The notes under the pieces: generated by a model
What the model was told of the DNA's origin: nothing
Database searches by the model: none
What the model saw: only the letters and a program-made list of their open reading frames with translations
Origin: Octopus sinensis
Taxonomy: Eukaryota
DNA: 64,000 nt
Reading direction: 5' to 3'
Assembly (NCBI RefSeq): GCF_006345805.1
Contig: NC_043004.1
Coordinates: 55,118,001-55,182,000 of the forward strand
Position numbers and translations under genes: made by a program
Shown here: positions 1-12,858 of the stretch, piece after piece
Layout of the letters: the number at the start of each line of letters is the position of its first letter
Numbering within the stretch: position 1 is the stretch's first letter

Positions 1-951
1 TTTAAGCCCTCGACAGAAAAAAGAAGGCTTTCCTATCTGCGTGGGACATGAACCAGCATAATCTCAGTTTAATGACTGAAACAAGTAAAAGATATGCCCC
101 TTTATTAGACTATTTTCTTTAGCCATTGCACAGTGATTGCCAAAAGCTTTAAGCTTACATAAATACCGTTATTATTATTTACAGGATTGTAAAACACTGT
201 GCTGAAACCATTTGTACCGAAAGCATATAGAGAGTTTGTTTACTTAAAACAAATACGAACTCATATAGTTCTTAAATTTGACAGAAACAGGGAGGCTAAT
301 TTGCAGTGTAAAGGTAACACACTTAGTCACGTTAACAAAGGGATGTGGATTTATGTCTCACGTGGATAGGAAAGCCTTCTTTTTTCTGTCGAGGGTTTAT
401 ATGCCCCTTTATTAAACTACATACTATGCTGGCTTGTGTGCCCAAAAATATGGTACAAGACAGTAAGGTGTGATTTGAGGGAGATTTTGCTGCTACTTTT
501 TGTTGGCAATGTGCCTTTCACCCTTTTGGGGTTGATAAAATAAGTGCCAGTTGAGTACTGGGGTTGATGTCATTGACTTACCTCCCCCCCCCGAAATTGC
601 TGGCCTTGTACTAAAATTTGAAACCAATGTGAACATGTTGAGGCTTCTTTGTTACCCTTGAGAGTGTTTGCTTCTGGAGATAGCAGAAATGCTACTGCTG
701 CTGCTGCTAGAGGTGTCTAGGTTGTTAAGTGGGTGTATCTGGCAGGTTATATACAGAACACATAACCTACATTGCTCATGCAGGCACTACAGTGACATTA
801 CATTCAAAGACTGGATGGATGGAAAGGTGCTGGGCTGGGTAGATTGTTTGTGCTGTGGGGTGGGCACTTGGAGGATGTATTTGTGGAGTGGGAAATAAAG
901 AAATGTGGTGATGGTAAGAGAAACAATGGTAATATAGTGTGGTGGGATGGT

Positions 952-1181
952 GGCGAGCTGGCAGAATCGTTAGCACGCCAGGCGAAATACGTAGCCGTAT
1001 TTTGTCTGCCGTTACGTTCTGAGTTCAAATTCCGCCGAGGTCAACTTTGTCTTTCATCCTTTCGGGGCCGAGAAATTAAGTACCAGTTACGCACTGATGT
1101 CGATATAATCAACTTAATCCATTTATCTGTCCTTGTTTGTCCCCTCCATGTTTAGCCCCTTGTGGGTAGAAAAAGAAATAG
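952..1181 (+). mobile_element. Third SINE family (partial copies near 520-630, 3250-3420, 4870-5030, 15575-15770, 33600-33750, 53630-53790)
   Basis: ggcgagctggcagaatcg A-box, gagttcaaattcc B-box, conserved ctttcatcctttcgggg..gataaa..aagtacc block. Confidence 0.75.
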
Positions 1182-1411
1182 ATAATATAGTGTGGTGACT
1201 GAGGGAAGAAAAAGAAGGCAACTAATGATTTGAGGATGGAGTGGGTAACTATACAGTGGTGGTGTAGGGGTTAGAACGACTAAGTACAATAAATACACAG
1301 TGGAGGTGCAGTTACTTAGAGACTGAAAGAGCTTGCCCAAGCTTTCATTTGCAAATGTCTGACTTACTTTATGGCTGTTATCTGTATTGTTTCTTTTCTC
1401 TCTACACTCTA

Positions 1412-1751
1412 CTAAAAGGTTAAAGATCCCTTTCAGTCATGAGTGACCATGAGATTGCACATAGAAAGTTCCCCTTTGAGGCACAAGTCTGGGCAAGGTT
1501 GCTTATTGCATACCAGCAATCACCCATGCATACCAGCATCCTCTCTCCACATCACCATTGATGTTACTCAAGGGAAAAGGCAAAGGGGCTGATACCAGAT
1601 TGGCACCAGTGACATGCGACTCATTTCCACAGCTGAACGAACTGGAGCAATGTGAAATAAAGTGTCTTGCTTGTGATTTCCAGTCTGGAAATCAAACTTA
1701 CTACCTCATGATTGCGCGCCCGATGCGCTAGCAACTGAGCCATGCTCCTTC
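1412..1751 (-). mobile_element. Second tRNA-headed SINE family (truncated copy at 16565-16708, minus strand)
   Basis: Minus strand TGGCTCAGTTG / TGGTTCAGTGG A-box, GTTCGATTCC B-box, shared body. Confidence 0.75.
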
Positions 1752-1928
1752 ACACTCTACTATATACAGATATATATATATATATATATATCAATTAATC
1801 TCTCAATTCTGGAGAATTTCTTTTGTTACCATATTTCTGTTGAACTGCATTGTAATTACTTCAACTATTTATTAAGCTGGTAATTGGAACATAAATTAAC
1901 ATGAAATTTAAAAAAGGAAATTTTAATT

Positions 1929-3099
1929 TAGAAGTAGTTGATAGCTTCCGTTACTTAGGTGACCAAGTCAGGTGTGCTGAAAGTGTAGCTGAAAGTGTAG
2001 CTGCTAGAATAAGAATAGCCTGGGCAAAGTTCAGAGAGCTCTTACCTCTGCTGGTGACAAAGGGCCTCTGGCTCAGAGTAAAAGGTAGACTGTATGATGC
2101 ATGTGTACGAACAGCCATGCTACATGGCAGTGAAACATGGGCTATGACTGCTGAGGACATGCGTAAGCTCACAAGGAATGAAGCCAGTATGCTCCGCTGG
2201 ATGTGTAATGTCAGTGTGCATACTCGACAGAGTGTAAGTACCTTTAGAGAAAAGTTGGACCTAAGAAGCATCAGATGTGGTGTGCAAGAGAGACAACTGC
2301 GCTGGTATGGTCATGTGGCAAGAATGGATGAGGATAGCTGTGTGAAAAAGTGCCACACCCTAGCAGTTGAGGGAACCTGTGGAAGAGGTAGACCCAGGAA
2401 GACCTGCGATGAGGTGGTGAAGCATGACCTTCGAACAGTAGGCTTCACCAAGGCAATGACTAGTGACCGAGACCTTTGGAAATATGCTGTACTTGAGAAG
2501 ACACAGCAAGCCAAGTGAGACCATAACCTCGTGGCCTATGCCAGGGGTGTAACTAGTTCACTTATGCATACCTTTCCTTCATTGGACTCTAAACTCTGCT
2601 TGTGAAGACCTGTTGAGGCAAGTGAAATCGAAATTGAAATCAAATTTGATGACAGGCATCTGTGCTAGTGGAGTGCTAAGAGCATCATCCGAGTGTGATC
2701 ATTGGCAGAGCAGCTAACTGGCTTCCATGCAGGTGGCACATAAAAAGCACCATTTGTGCATGATCGTTACCAGCGTCGCCTTACTGGCACTTGTGCCGGT
2801 GGCATGTGAAAAAACATTCGAACAAGGTCATTGCCAGTGCAGGTGGTATGTAAAAAGCACCATTTGAGCATGGCTGTTGCCAGTACTGCCTGACTGGCCC
2901 TCGTGCCAGTGGCACGTAAAAGCACCCACTACACTCTTGGAGTGGTTGGCGTTAGGAGGGGCATCCAGCTGTAGAAACACTGCCAGATCAGATTGGAGCC
3001 TGGTGCAGCCATTTGGTTCGCCAGTCCTCAGGCAAATTGTCCAACCCATGCTAGCATGGAAAGCAGACGTTAAACAATGATGATGATGAGGATGATGAT
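1929..3099 (+). mobile_element. 5'-truncated RTE-clade LINE (ORF2 C-terminus + 3' UTR + (TGA)n tail)
   Basis: EVVDSFRYLG...LYDACVRTAMLHGSETW...RGRPRKT; ggatgccc-type 3' motif (reverse); tgatgatga tail. Confidence 0.92.
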
Positions 3100-3452
3100 T
3101 AATTTGAACTAGAAGTATGTATCGTGGGAGCTGGAGCAGTCTTGGGCAGGTTGGTATCCAAGCGATGTGATTCACTTATAGTGAATATGTTTAATGTAAA
3201 TGTGCATGTTGGCAAATAAGAAGAGGCTTCCAAAGGAACACTCACAGAGAGGATTGTTTTGATACTCACTTTGACTATGCATTCTAAGTTCAAATTCTGT
3301 CATGGTCGACTGTTCCTTTGATCCTTTCGAGGTTGATAAAATAAATACCAGTGGAGTCCTAGTGACGATGTAATCAACTTACACCCCTCCATTGAAATTT
3401 TGCCAAAATTTGAAATCAGTCTTTTAAGATGATGAGCAGGCACAATCATTTG

Positions 3453-4850
3453 CATCATCATCATCATCATCATCGTTTAACGTCCGTTTTCCGCGCTAGC
3501 ACGGGTTGGACTGTTTGACCGGGTTCTGGGAAGCCAGGGGCTGCTCCAGGCTCCAGTCTGATCTGGCAGAGTTTCTACAGCTGGATGCCCTTCCTAACGC
3601 CAACCACTCCGCGAGTGTAGTGGGTGCTTTTTACGTGCCACCTGCACAGGTGCCAGGGGGGGTTCGGCATCGATCACGATCAGTTGGAGCTTTTAACGTG
3701 CCAGCGGCACGGAAGCCAGCCAAGGCGGCGCTGGCAACGTTCGGATGGTGCTTTTTATGTGCCAGTCGGGGCGGCGCTGGCATCGGCCACGTTCGGATTG
3801 TGCTTTTTATGTGCCACCGGCATACAGGAGCCAGTCGGGGCGGCGCTAGCATCGGCCACGTTCGGATGGTGCTTTTTATGTGCCACCGGCACAGGCATCA
3901 CAACTACTATTTCCATTGATATTTATTTCGACGTTCATGTTCATGACTCAACAGGTCTCCTCAAGCACAGCGGGACGTTCTGGGATCCGGGGTACTTTGA
4001 ATGGGCAGGGGCTATGCGGAACTGATGCAGGAAGCAGCCCGGGTCTTTGCAGTCACAGCATATCTCCAGAGATCTCAGTCCTTCGCCATTGCCTCAGTGA
4101 GGCCCAACGCTCTGAGGTCATGCTTGACTACCTCATCCCATGTCTTCCTGGGCCTACCTCTCCCCCTGATACCTTCAACTGTTTGGGAGTGGCACTTCTT
4201 CACACATCTCTCCTCATCCATCCGCAGCACATGACCATACCATCACAAGCGTCGCTCTTGCACACCACATCTGATGCTTCTTATATCCAGTATTTCTCTC
4301 AGGGTGCTTACACTCTGTCGTGCATGCACACTGACATTACACATCCAGCAGATCATGCTAGCTTCATTTCTTTCAAGTCTACGCATGTCCTCTGCAGTCA
4401 CAGCCCATGTTTCACTACCGTGAAGCATGTCAGTTCGCACACACGCATCATACAATCTACCTTTCGCTCTGAGGGAGAGACCCTTTGTCGCCAGTAGGGG
4501 TAGGAGCTTTCTGAACTTTGCCCAGGCTATTCGTATTCTAGTGGTGATACTCTCTGTGCATCCACCTCCACTACTAACTTGGTCACCCAGGTAGCGGAAA
4601 CTATCAACTACTTCTAGTTTCTCTCCCTGGAGTGTGATGGAATCTGTTTTCTGAGTGTCTGTGGTGTCTATTGTCCCTGTGCATCTGCTGCACATGAAAG
4701 CTATCTTATCTGTTAATTTCCCTTTAATGTTGCTGCACCTCTTGTGCGTCCATAGCTTACATTGGGTGCATCTTATGGAGTTTCTACCTACACCTTTCCT
4801 ACAGATCGAGCAGGGCCACATGCCCGAGGGGGTGTGTGCTGAGTTCGCCT
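3453..4850 (-). mobile_element. 5'-truncated RTE-clade LINE
   Basis: (CAT)n tail at 3453; ORF 4243-4899 has WPCSICRKG, CTQCKLWTHKRC, FRYLGD, LHGSETW. Confidence 0.93.
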
Positions 4851-5425
4851 GTTGGGTGAAATACTTAACATTTTTTCCAGCTTTATGTTCTGAGTTCAAA
4901 TTCTGCCAAGATCAACTTTGCCTTTCATTCTTTCAAGGTCAATAAAATAAAACACCAGTCATGTATTTGGGGGTCGATGTAACTGACTTGCCCTTTCCCT
5001 CAAATTTGTTGGCCTTGTACCAAAATTAGAAAGCAGTGTATGGATAGTTTAAGAACGGTGACATCAACCAAAGAAACCTTACCTAGATTGTAGTGTTGAT
5101 CATTTTGAAGAACTCACTGCAAGTAGCCAAACATTAAATCTAGTGAAGAGAAGCCAAAGAATAGAAAAGTGTTCAGAACTAGTTAAAAAGCATGAAAGAT
5201 GATGTAAGGTTTCTCTCTTCCTAGTTAAGGGTCCTACAAGAAGGGATGTACAGGCTGTGCAGGAAAAGTTACTAGAAGGAAAGAAAAAAATCTGTCCAGA
5301 CATGTAAGCAATGTATCTTAAGGCAGGAATTGTTTCATGTGCTGCCACTCATAGGAAATGCTTGGATTGCATAATAGAGCAATAGCTTATGCAATAAATT
5401 TTGATCAAATTTTGTTCCCCCTATA

Positions 5426-6591
5426 CAAGGTGTCCCCAAATTAAGGCAAACATTTTTCAATTTTGCCAGAGCAAACCGTTGTTATATTTTGGGTTTGAGT
5501 GTTGCTTTGCAATGGTAAAGGAAACACAATTATGACAGTACCACATTTATTTGATATAACCACCTCTGTTTTGAATCACAGCTTTAAGTCGAGGTTGAAT
5601 GCTTCACATGTGACACGCAGCTGTTCTTGTGGAATTGAAGCCCATTCCTGGTGCAGTTTTACCTTCAGAGTGTTGAGCGAAGCATGAGGAGTGCTCAAGA
5701 CCTTCATCTCCAAAATGGACCAAACAGAAAAATCCAACCGGTTGAAATTGGGGCTTCTTGAGGGCCATACATCCTTGCCTATGAACAACAGAATGTTTTT
5801 CTGAACTCAGTGTTGTGTCTGTTTGAAACTGTGGGATGGTGCTGAGACCTGTTGGAGGCTCCAACGGGTGCCTTGAAAGTGCTCATTCACCCACGGAAGC
5901 AGTTCAGCTTCCAGAATGTCGCTAATGTATCACAGGGTGTTAATTTTTTACACCTGAGAGCACGAAAACAAGGGGAGACCTTCCAGTGGCTGTCACAGCC
6001 ACTGTAGATTTACAAGTCTACTCTCAATGGAGCCAGATACACTCCAAAGTCATTCATTCTGGTGGTTTATTGTTTGATGTCAAATTTCTTTTCATCAGTG
6101 AACTCCAGTTTGGATACCTTCAGCAACCTGACACAGGACAAGATGACTTCTCTCTAGTCTTATATCCTTAAACTTGCATGAGCTAATGACGGTGGATCAT
6201 CTTGTAGGGGTGGGACCTGAGATCCTCCTTCAGTTTTTCATACATCAATGTTTGGTTTATTTTTGCTGTAGCAGCCAGTTTTCTGATGGAATGATGAGGA
6301 TTTCGTCTTATATTTTCTCTGATACATTTGATAACCCGAGGGATCTGCACATTTCTTTTTTGGCCACGTCCAGGTCAATCATTGGTGGAACCAGTCTCTT
6401 GAAATTTCTTGACAATTTTCCAGACTGTTTGGTTAATTTTAAGCTTTTTTGCTATAGCTGTATTACTTTTGCCACCTTTATGCATGGTAATGATTGTATT
6501 TTGGTCTATAACCATTACCTAATTGAATTTATTTAGTATTGATAGTTATTAAAGCCCAAAATTTTGGTTGCTTTAATTTCGGGACACCCTG
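5426..6591 (-). mobile_element. Decayed Tc1/mariner element (maT/DD37D-like)
   Basis: TIRs caaggtgtccccaaattaag / ctttaatttcgggacaccctg flanked by TA; WPSRSPNFNRLDFSVWSILE resembles the WPxxSPDLNPLD transposase motif. Confidence 0.85.
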
Positions 6592-7703
6592 TAGTGCCAA
6601 TTAGTTTCTGTGTTTATAATGTCTAGTAACATTACCATAATTGGACAATATATTTACTGGGACATAAGTGTCCCATGACTTCTGTTTTATGCGGTACCCC
6701 CCCCCCCCCCCAAAAAAAAAAGGTTTCAAAAAGAAGTAGCTTTTAGGTAGAAATGAAACCCCAGAAATAAGGTATATTTTTTTATGTTTATAAATTAGCT
6801 TCAGGAATGCAGTACTGAAAGGACTAACAAATATTTTGTTAGACAGACATGTATTTCTTAAGGTGGTGTTGGGTATGTTTTGTATAAGTGAATGGCAGAG
6901 AAGGGAGTTGAAAGCTTTGTATGTATGGGAGGTTTTTCTCTTTGCTGTTGAGGAATGAACACTGTCAATGGGTGGGGCACTCAACTGAAGTTATGCTGAC
7001 TATGGAAGATAAAGTGTGTGAAGCTTATGTAAGAATGTATACTGTAACATCGGCTGTCTGATGCTTGTATAAGAATGTATGTGATATTATGTAGACTGTG
7101 TGAAGAACTTACGTAAGAAGATCTCTAAGTTTTTGGAAAGGGCTGATTTAGATATAATCTGTCTGATATGTAATTTACATGAACGGTAGAGGATGGATGA
7201 ATTGATAAAAGGACTGGGTAATTTTGTTACTCTTTACCCCACTGTACCATTGGTCACCCTAACCTCTTATTCAACATTCCACTGCATTCATCCCTCAATC
7301 CTATCCCGTCTCTAGTTGTCACTCTTTCCCACCTTCCCTCATTATCATCTACTCAACACTTTCTCATTCATTATATTCACCCCTGTTTGCATTTCCCAAC
7401 TTTCACTTACTCTCCCATACATTCTTGCAACTGCTACTCACCCACATTCCCAGGTCTACCCTTCCCTTTACCCCTTTACTAGTTTCAGTCACTGGACTGT
7501 GGTCATGCTGGAGCACCACCTTTATTTACTTCCACTCACCTTTTACTTTGAGGGTCCACACAAACACTTCTCACCATTATTTTTATCCCTTTCCTATGCC
7601 ACCCCAATCACCCCTGCCCCCACTGTTTTTTAAAATGCAAGTAACCTTGAAAACCCTCTAGCAAGAAACCTGTTCTGCTCTAGCCCCATCTCTCGTACTT
7701 TAA

Positions 7704-7925
7704 CCCTTTAGTGTTCGCATTATTCTGCCAAAATTAATCCCTTTTTATCCACATTGCCTTGAACTAATCAGGCATTAATCTTGTAGCTTTGAGATTTTGA
7801 TGTGGTAGCTGTTAATTTTTAAAACGATATTGTAGGGCTGGTACGAGAGACCAGATCTGGCCAGTTTGAACATAAAACAGGCAGAATACTTTTGGCCGGA
7901 TATGGCCGGTTTGAATGCTAAAGGG
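7704..7925. mobile_element. piggyBac-like MITE
   Basis: TTAA|ccctttagtgttc ... gaatgctaaaggg|TTAA; 13-bp TIR with 2 mismatches. Confidence 0.75.
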
Positions 7926-9117
7926 TTAATCTCTCATCTTCTAGCATAAAGCTGCTGTTCTCAGGGTGTGTAGTCTTGCAGATTGCATGGCACTTCACTA
8001 ATGCTGACAGTATAAAAAAAAGTGCCCACTACATATTGTAAAGTAGTTTGGTCTTCAACTGTAGAAACCATGCCAAAGTGGACAATGAGATATAAGGCCC
8101 ATCTGGAGTCTGTTGGATCCTGCCAAATCATCCTGTCCATGTTGGTGTGGAGCATGGACATGAAACGATGATGATATGTCTGTATGATGCTACATTGATT
8201 GGCAAAATTGTATAGTGTCAGACAAAATGTTTTGCTGTATCTAGTTATGACCTGCTCTGAGTTCATATTCAACCAGGGTCATCTTTACCTTTTAACCTTC
8301 TCACTGGTGAATTGAACAAGGCAATGCTGGGTCGAGTAGACTTTTTAGTCTAGCTGAGAGCTTGACAAATTTTTTTTAGTACTGGTGCCTTGCAAAAATG
8401 CATCGAGTACATTCTGTAATAGAGAGTTTGAGTTACAGAAGGCATCCAGCTGTAGAATTCATACTAAAATGGAGACAACTGAGCAAGACATGAATTCTGT
8501 TGACAGAGTCAACCAATGCCAATATGGAAAACTGGCTGAAAATGATGTTGAGGATTCAGAGTTTTTGGTAAAACAACAGAGAAATTGGAGAAGCTACTTT
8601 TCAGAACTGCTCTATAAAATGCAGATGTGACTGTCTGTTGGGTACGAAGTTTGCTACCCAACTACAGGGTTTCAAATGCAGCCCCATTGCATTGCATCTT
8701 GGCCAAGTGTCTTCTACTATAGCCTTAGATCAATCAAATGCTTGCAAGTGGATTGGATTTGGTAAATGGAAACTGAAAGAAGCCCATCGTGTGTGAGTGT
8801 GTGTGTGTGTGTTTCTGTCCCCTTAACTTGACATCACATGATACTTGTAAGCAAGTGTCACCATCATGCAAGCAGTGTCCTTTGTTTCCAATCTTCCAAA
8901 ACATGTCTCTCTTTACTCTTTAACTTGTTTCAGTCATTTGACTGCAGCCATGCTAGAGCACCACCTTTAGTCGAGCAAATCGACCCGACCCTAGGACTTA
9001 TTCTATTGGTCTGTTTTGCCAAACCGCTAAGTTACGGGGATGTAAACACACCACCATCAGTTGTCAAGCGATGTTGAGGGGACAAACACAGACACACAAA
9101 CATACACACACATATAC

Positions 9118-9148
<31 letters not shown>

Positions 9149-9159
9149 ATATATACATA

Positions 9160-9956
9160 CTAGCAGCATAGCCCGGCGTTGCCCGGGTATATAAGAGCCC
9201 CTAGTAGGCAATGACTAATCCCAATCTAGTCCTTTCCCTCTAGGGAACGAAGGTGCATGTGTAGGTTGCAATGTCTTCTCTTCACTCGAATACTTCTGTG
9301 TATACGATGTTCCTAGCTGTCCCTTTGGGCGAAAAGTTTGAGTTAAAAAGGTCGAGTTGCGTCCCCTAGACAGTCTGTGGTTTGTGTTTAATACACAAAT
9401 CGGTTTGCTATGTGTGCCACATATGATTTAATTAACCGATTTTTTCCAGTAATAAAGTATCCTATTGGAATAAAAAGGGCCATATAGCTCCTTGGAGCAG
9501 ACATGATTTTCGCTGTGAATTTTAAAAAAAATTCCTGCAAATTTGTGAAAGATATTGTCGAAAATATGTCATCTTGAATTTGAACGCGATTTCCCAAAAT
9601 GGCATGATTTTATCAATTTTTTCTGATGGTAAGGTATTGCATGGAAAACTAACGTCAGAATTAAGTTTCTTAGGGTAACATTAAGCTTCACCAAGAGTTT
9701 GGTAAAAATCGATTGCAAGTTGTGAAAACTACAACAGAAAATGTGTTGCATATAAAAAGCTTAGATTCTCGACCCCATGTCGAATCTATTGATTTTTTTC
9801 AGAACTGGGGGAACTTTTCAAAATTTTCGCTGCGTTAGTTTTGAATTATGACATTGGGCTATGTGTGTGTCAAGTTTCATCAGAATCGGTTGAAAGCCGT
9901 GGTCAGGGTGAGGGTACAACCTGACAGACACACAGACACGTTTATATAGAGAGAGA
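9160..9956 (-). mobile_element. Non-autonomous Helitron (N1), internal-deletion derivative of 20034-26169
   Basis: Reverse complement has the same TCTCTCTCTATATAAAC start and hairpin+CTAG end; about 650 bp of 5' and 150 bp of 3' sequence shared; inserted in the (TA)n tract of a SINE. Confidence 0.92.
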
Positions 9957-10549
9957 TATACGACAGGCTTCTTTCAGTTTCTGTCTACCAAATCCACTCA
10001 CAAGGTTTTGGATGGCCTGAGGCTATAGTAGAAGACACTTGCCCAAGGTGCCACGCAGTGGGAATGAACCCGGAACCATGTGGTTGGTAAGCAAGCTATT
10101 TACCACACATCCACTCCTGTGCCTGATCATGGGGAGATATTATTTTGGAAAAATATGAGGGTTGGTGACAGGAACGGCATCCAGCTGTAGAAAATCTGCT
10201 TCAACAAATTTTGTCTGATCCGTACAAGCATGGAAAAGTGAACATAAACCAGTGATGATGATGATAGTGATGATGAATGGCTTTCTGAGAAAGTAAAAGC
10301 TTATAGCTACATAGTTTACTAGTGGAGAAATGTTATTTTCTTCATAGCAAACACAATATAGTCGCTAAATAAATGGATGTAAAGCCCATAGCTTGTAGGT
10401 GCATGCAGCGAGAGACTACCAAGGTATCAAGTAGTGGGATTGAACTTGAAGCCACATTGTTGCTAAAAACAAACTTCTTAACCACACAACCATGTCTGTG
10501 CCTATCTTGATATAAATATTCTAAATATACAGCTTAAATATATTGTAAA

Positions 10550-10797
10550 CTAACAGTATCGCCCGGTGTTGCTCGGGTTTGTAAGGGAAATAACTATATA
10601 AGCATTTTTAGAGAGTTATAGCCAAAAAATAGCAAAAAAATGCATTAAAAATGGAAAAAAAACGTTGGTAAATTTTTTTAAATCGTAGACTCATCGTAGA
10701 CATTTTTAGAGAGTTACTTCCCTTATATAAATGGAAAAGATTGATGGTAATTTTTTTTTAAATCGTAGACTCATCGTAGACATTTTTAGAGAGTTAC

Positions 10798-10829
<32 letters not shown>

Positions 10830-12858
10830 TTAGCGTCCGTTTTCCATGCTAGCATGGGTTGGACGGTTCAACTGGGGTCTGGGGAGCCCGAAGGCTGCAC
10901 CAGGCCAGTCAGATCTGGCAGTGTTTCTACAGCTGGATGCCCTTCCTAACGCCAACCACTCCGAGAGTGTAGTGGGTGATTTTATGTGCCACCGACACAG
11001 GTGCCAGACGAGGCTGGCGAACGGCCACGCTCGGATGGTGTTTTTATGTGCCACCGACACAGGTGCCAGACGAGGCTGGCAGACGGCCACGCTCGGATGG
11101 TGTTTTTATGTGCCACCGACACAGGTGCCAGATGAGGCTGGCAGGTGCCAGACGAGGCTGGCAGACGGCCACGCTCGGATGGTGTTTTTATGTGCCACCG
11201 ACACAGGTGCCAGATGAGGCTGGCGGACGGCCACGATCGGATGGTGTTTGTTACGTCCCCAAAGCACGGAGGCCAGTCTATGCGGTACTGGCTACGGCCA
11301 CGTTCGGATGATTTTCTTGTGTGCCACCGGCACTGGTACCACAAAGATACAAATTCCATTTATGTTCATCTATTTTGATTTGTTTTGATTTGATTTGATT
11401 TTCACTTGCCTCAACAGGTCTTCACAAGTGTCACTTGCCTCAACAGGTCTTCACAAGTGTCACAAGAAGGAAGGTATGCACAGGTGGACTGTCTACGTCG
11501 CCGGGTCTTCGGATGGTGTCTTTATGTGCCACCGACACAGGTGCCAGATGTGGCTGGCGAACGGCCACGATCGGATGGTTTTCTTGTGTGCCACCGGTAC
11601 TGGAACCACAAAGATACAAATTCCATTGATGTTCATCTATTTTGATTTGGTTTGATTTTCACTTGCCTCAACAGGTCTTCACAAGTGTCACGCGTGTCAC
11701 ACACTTGCCTCAACAGGTCTCCACAAGTGTCACACACTTGCCTCTGCCTCAACAGGTCTTCACAAAGTGTCACACACTTGCCTCTGCCTCAACAGGTCTT
11801 CACAAGTGTCATAAGAGGGAAGGTATGCACAGGTGGACTGACTACGTCGCCGGGTCTTTGGATGGTGTTTTTATGTGCCACCGACACAGGTGCCAGGTGA
11901 GGCTGGCGAACGGCCACGATCAGATGGTGTTTGTTGTGCCCACAGCACGGAGGCCAGTCGATGCGGTACCAGCTACGGCCACTTCGGATGGTTTTCTTGT
12001 GTGCCACCGGTACTGGAACCACAAAGATACAAATTCCATTGATATTCATCTATTTTGATTTGGTTTGATTTTCACTTGCCTCAACAGGTCTTCACAAGTG
12101 TCACACACTTGCCTCAACAGGTCTTCACAAGTGTCATAAGAGGAAGGTATGCACAGGTGGACTGACTACGTCGCCGGGTCTTCGGATGGTGTCTTTATGT
12201 GCCACCGGCACAGGTGCCAGATGAGGCTGGCGAACGGCCACGATCGGATGGTGTTTGTTGTGCCCACAGCACGGAGGCCAGTCGATGCGGTACTGGTTAC
12301 GGCCACGTTTGGGTGGTTTTCTTGTGTGCCACCGGCACTGGTACCACAAAGAATACAATTCCACTGATGTTCATCTATTTTGATTTGTTTTGATTTGATT
12401 TGATTTTCACTTGCCTCAACAGGTCTTCATAAGTGTCACAAGAAGGAAGGTATGCACAGGACTGACTACGTCCCAGGTCGGGGCCACGGGTTATGGCCTG
12501 ACTAGTCTTGCCGGGTCTTCTCATGCACAGCATACTTCCATAGGTCTCGGTCTCTAGACATTTCCTTCCCTTATATAATAGCGAAAAAATGCATTAAAAT
12601 GGAAAAAAATGATGGTAAATTTTTTTTTAAATCGTTGACTCATCGTAGACATTTTTAGAGAGTTACTTCCCTTATATAATAGCGAAAAAATGCATTAAAA
12701 TGGAAAAAAATGATAGTAAATTTTTTTTTAAATCGTAGACTCATACTAGACGCGCGCTAATACCCAGAAGGGCTCGAAACTGCACTGCAAAATGTGGGAG
12801 TAGTTAGGAATCTAAATCGTAGGAGACAGACACACAACTTGATTTTTATATATAAAGA
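10550..12858 (-). mobile_element. Second non-autonomous Helitron family, interrupted by an RTE 3' segment
   Basis: Minus strand starts a|TCTTTATATATAAAAATC and ends acccgagcaacaccgggcgatactg TTAG|t (CTAG variant); internal ~90-bp repeated units around tcgtagactcatcgtagac. Confidence 0.75.
10800..12564 (-). mobile_element. RTE 3' UTR segment with expanded 62-bp minisatellite and larger internal duplications
   Basis: (CAT)n tail, ggatgcccttcctaacgccaacc motif, 62-bp units starting at 10985, 11047 and 11109; possible 4-bp cttc duplication at the ends. Confidence 0.85.

Noticed and set aside
6970-7010. GHSTEVM resembling the ALG14 GGHTTE motif
   Set aside because: The preceding Gly is out of frame, there are no convincing splice sites and downstream residues do not match; the upstream ALG14 exons were not found in the window.
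10846-12393. Many ORFs with MCHRH/CATDTG repeats; CRISPR-like appearance
   Set aside because: Translations of an RTE 3' UTR minisatellite; units are contiguous with no unique spacers, the context is eukaryotic and there are no cas genes.
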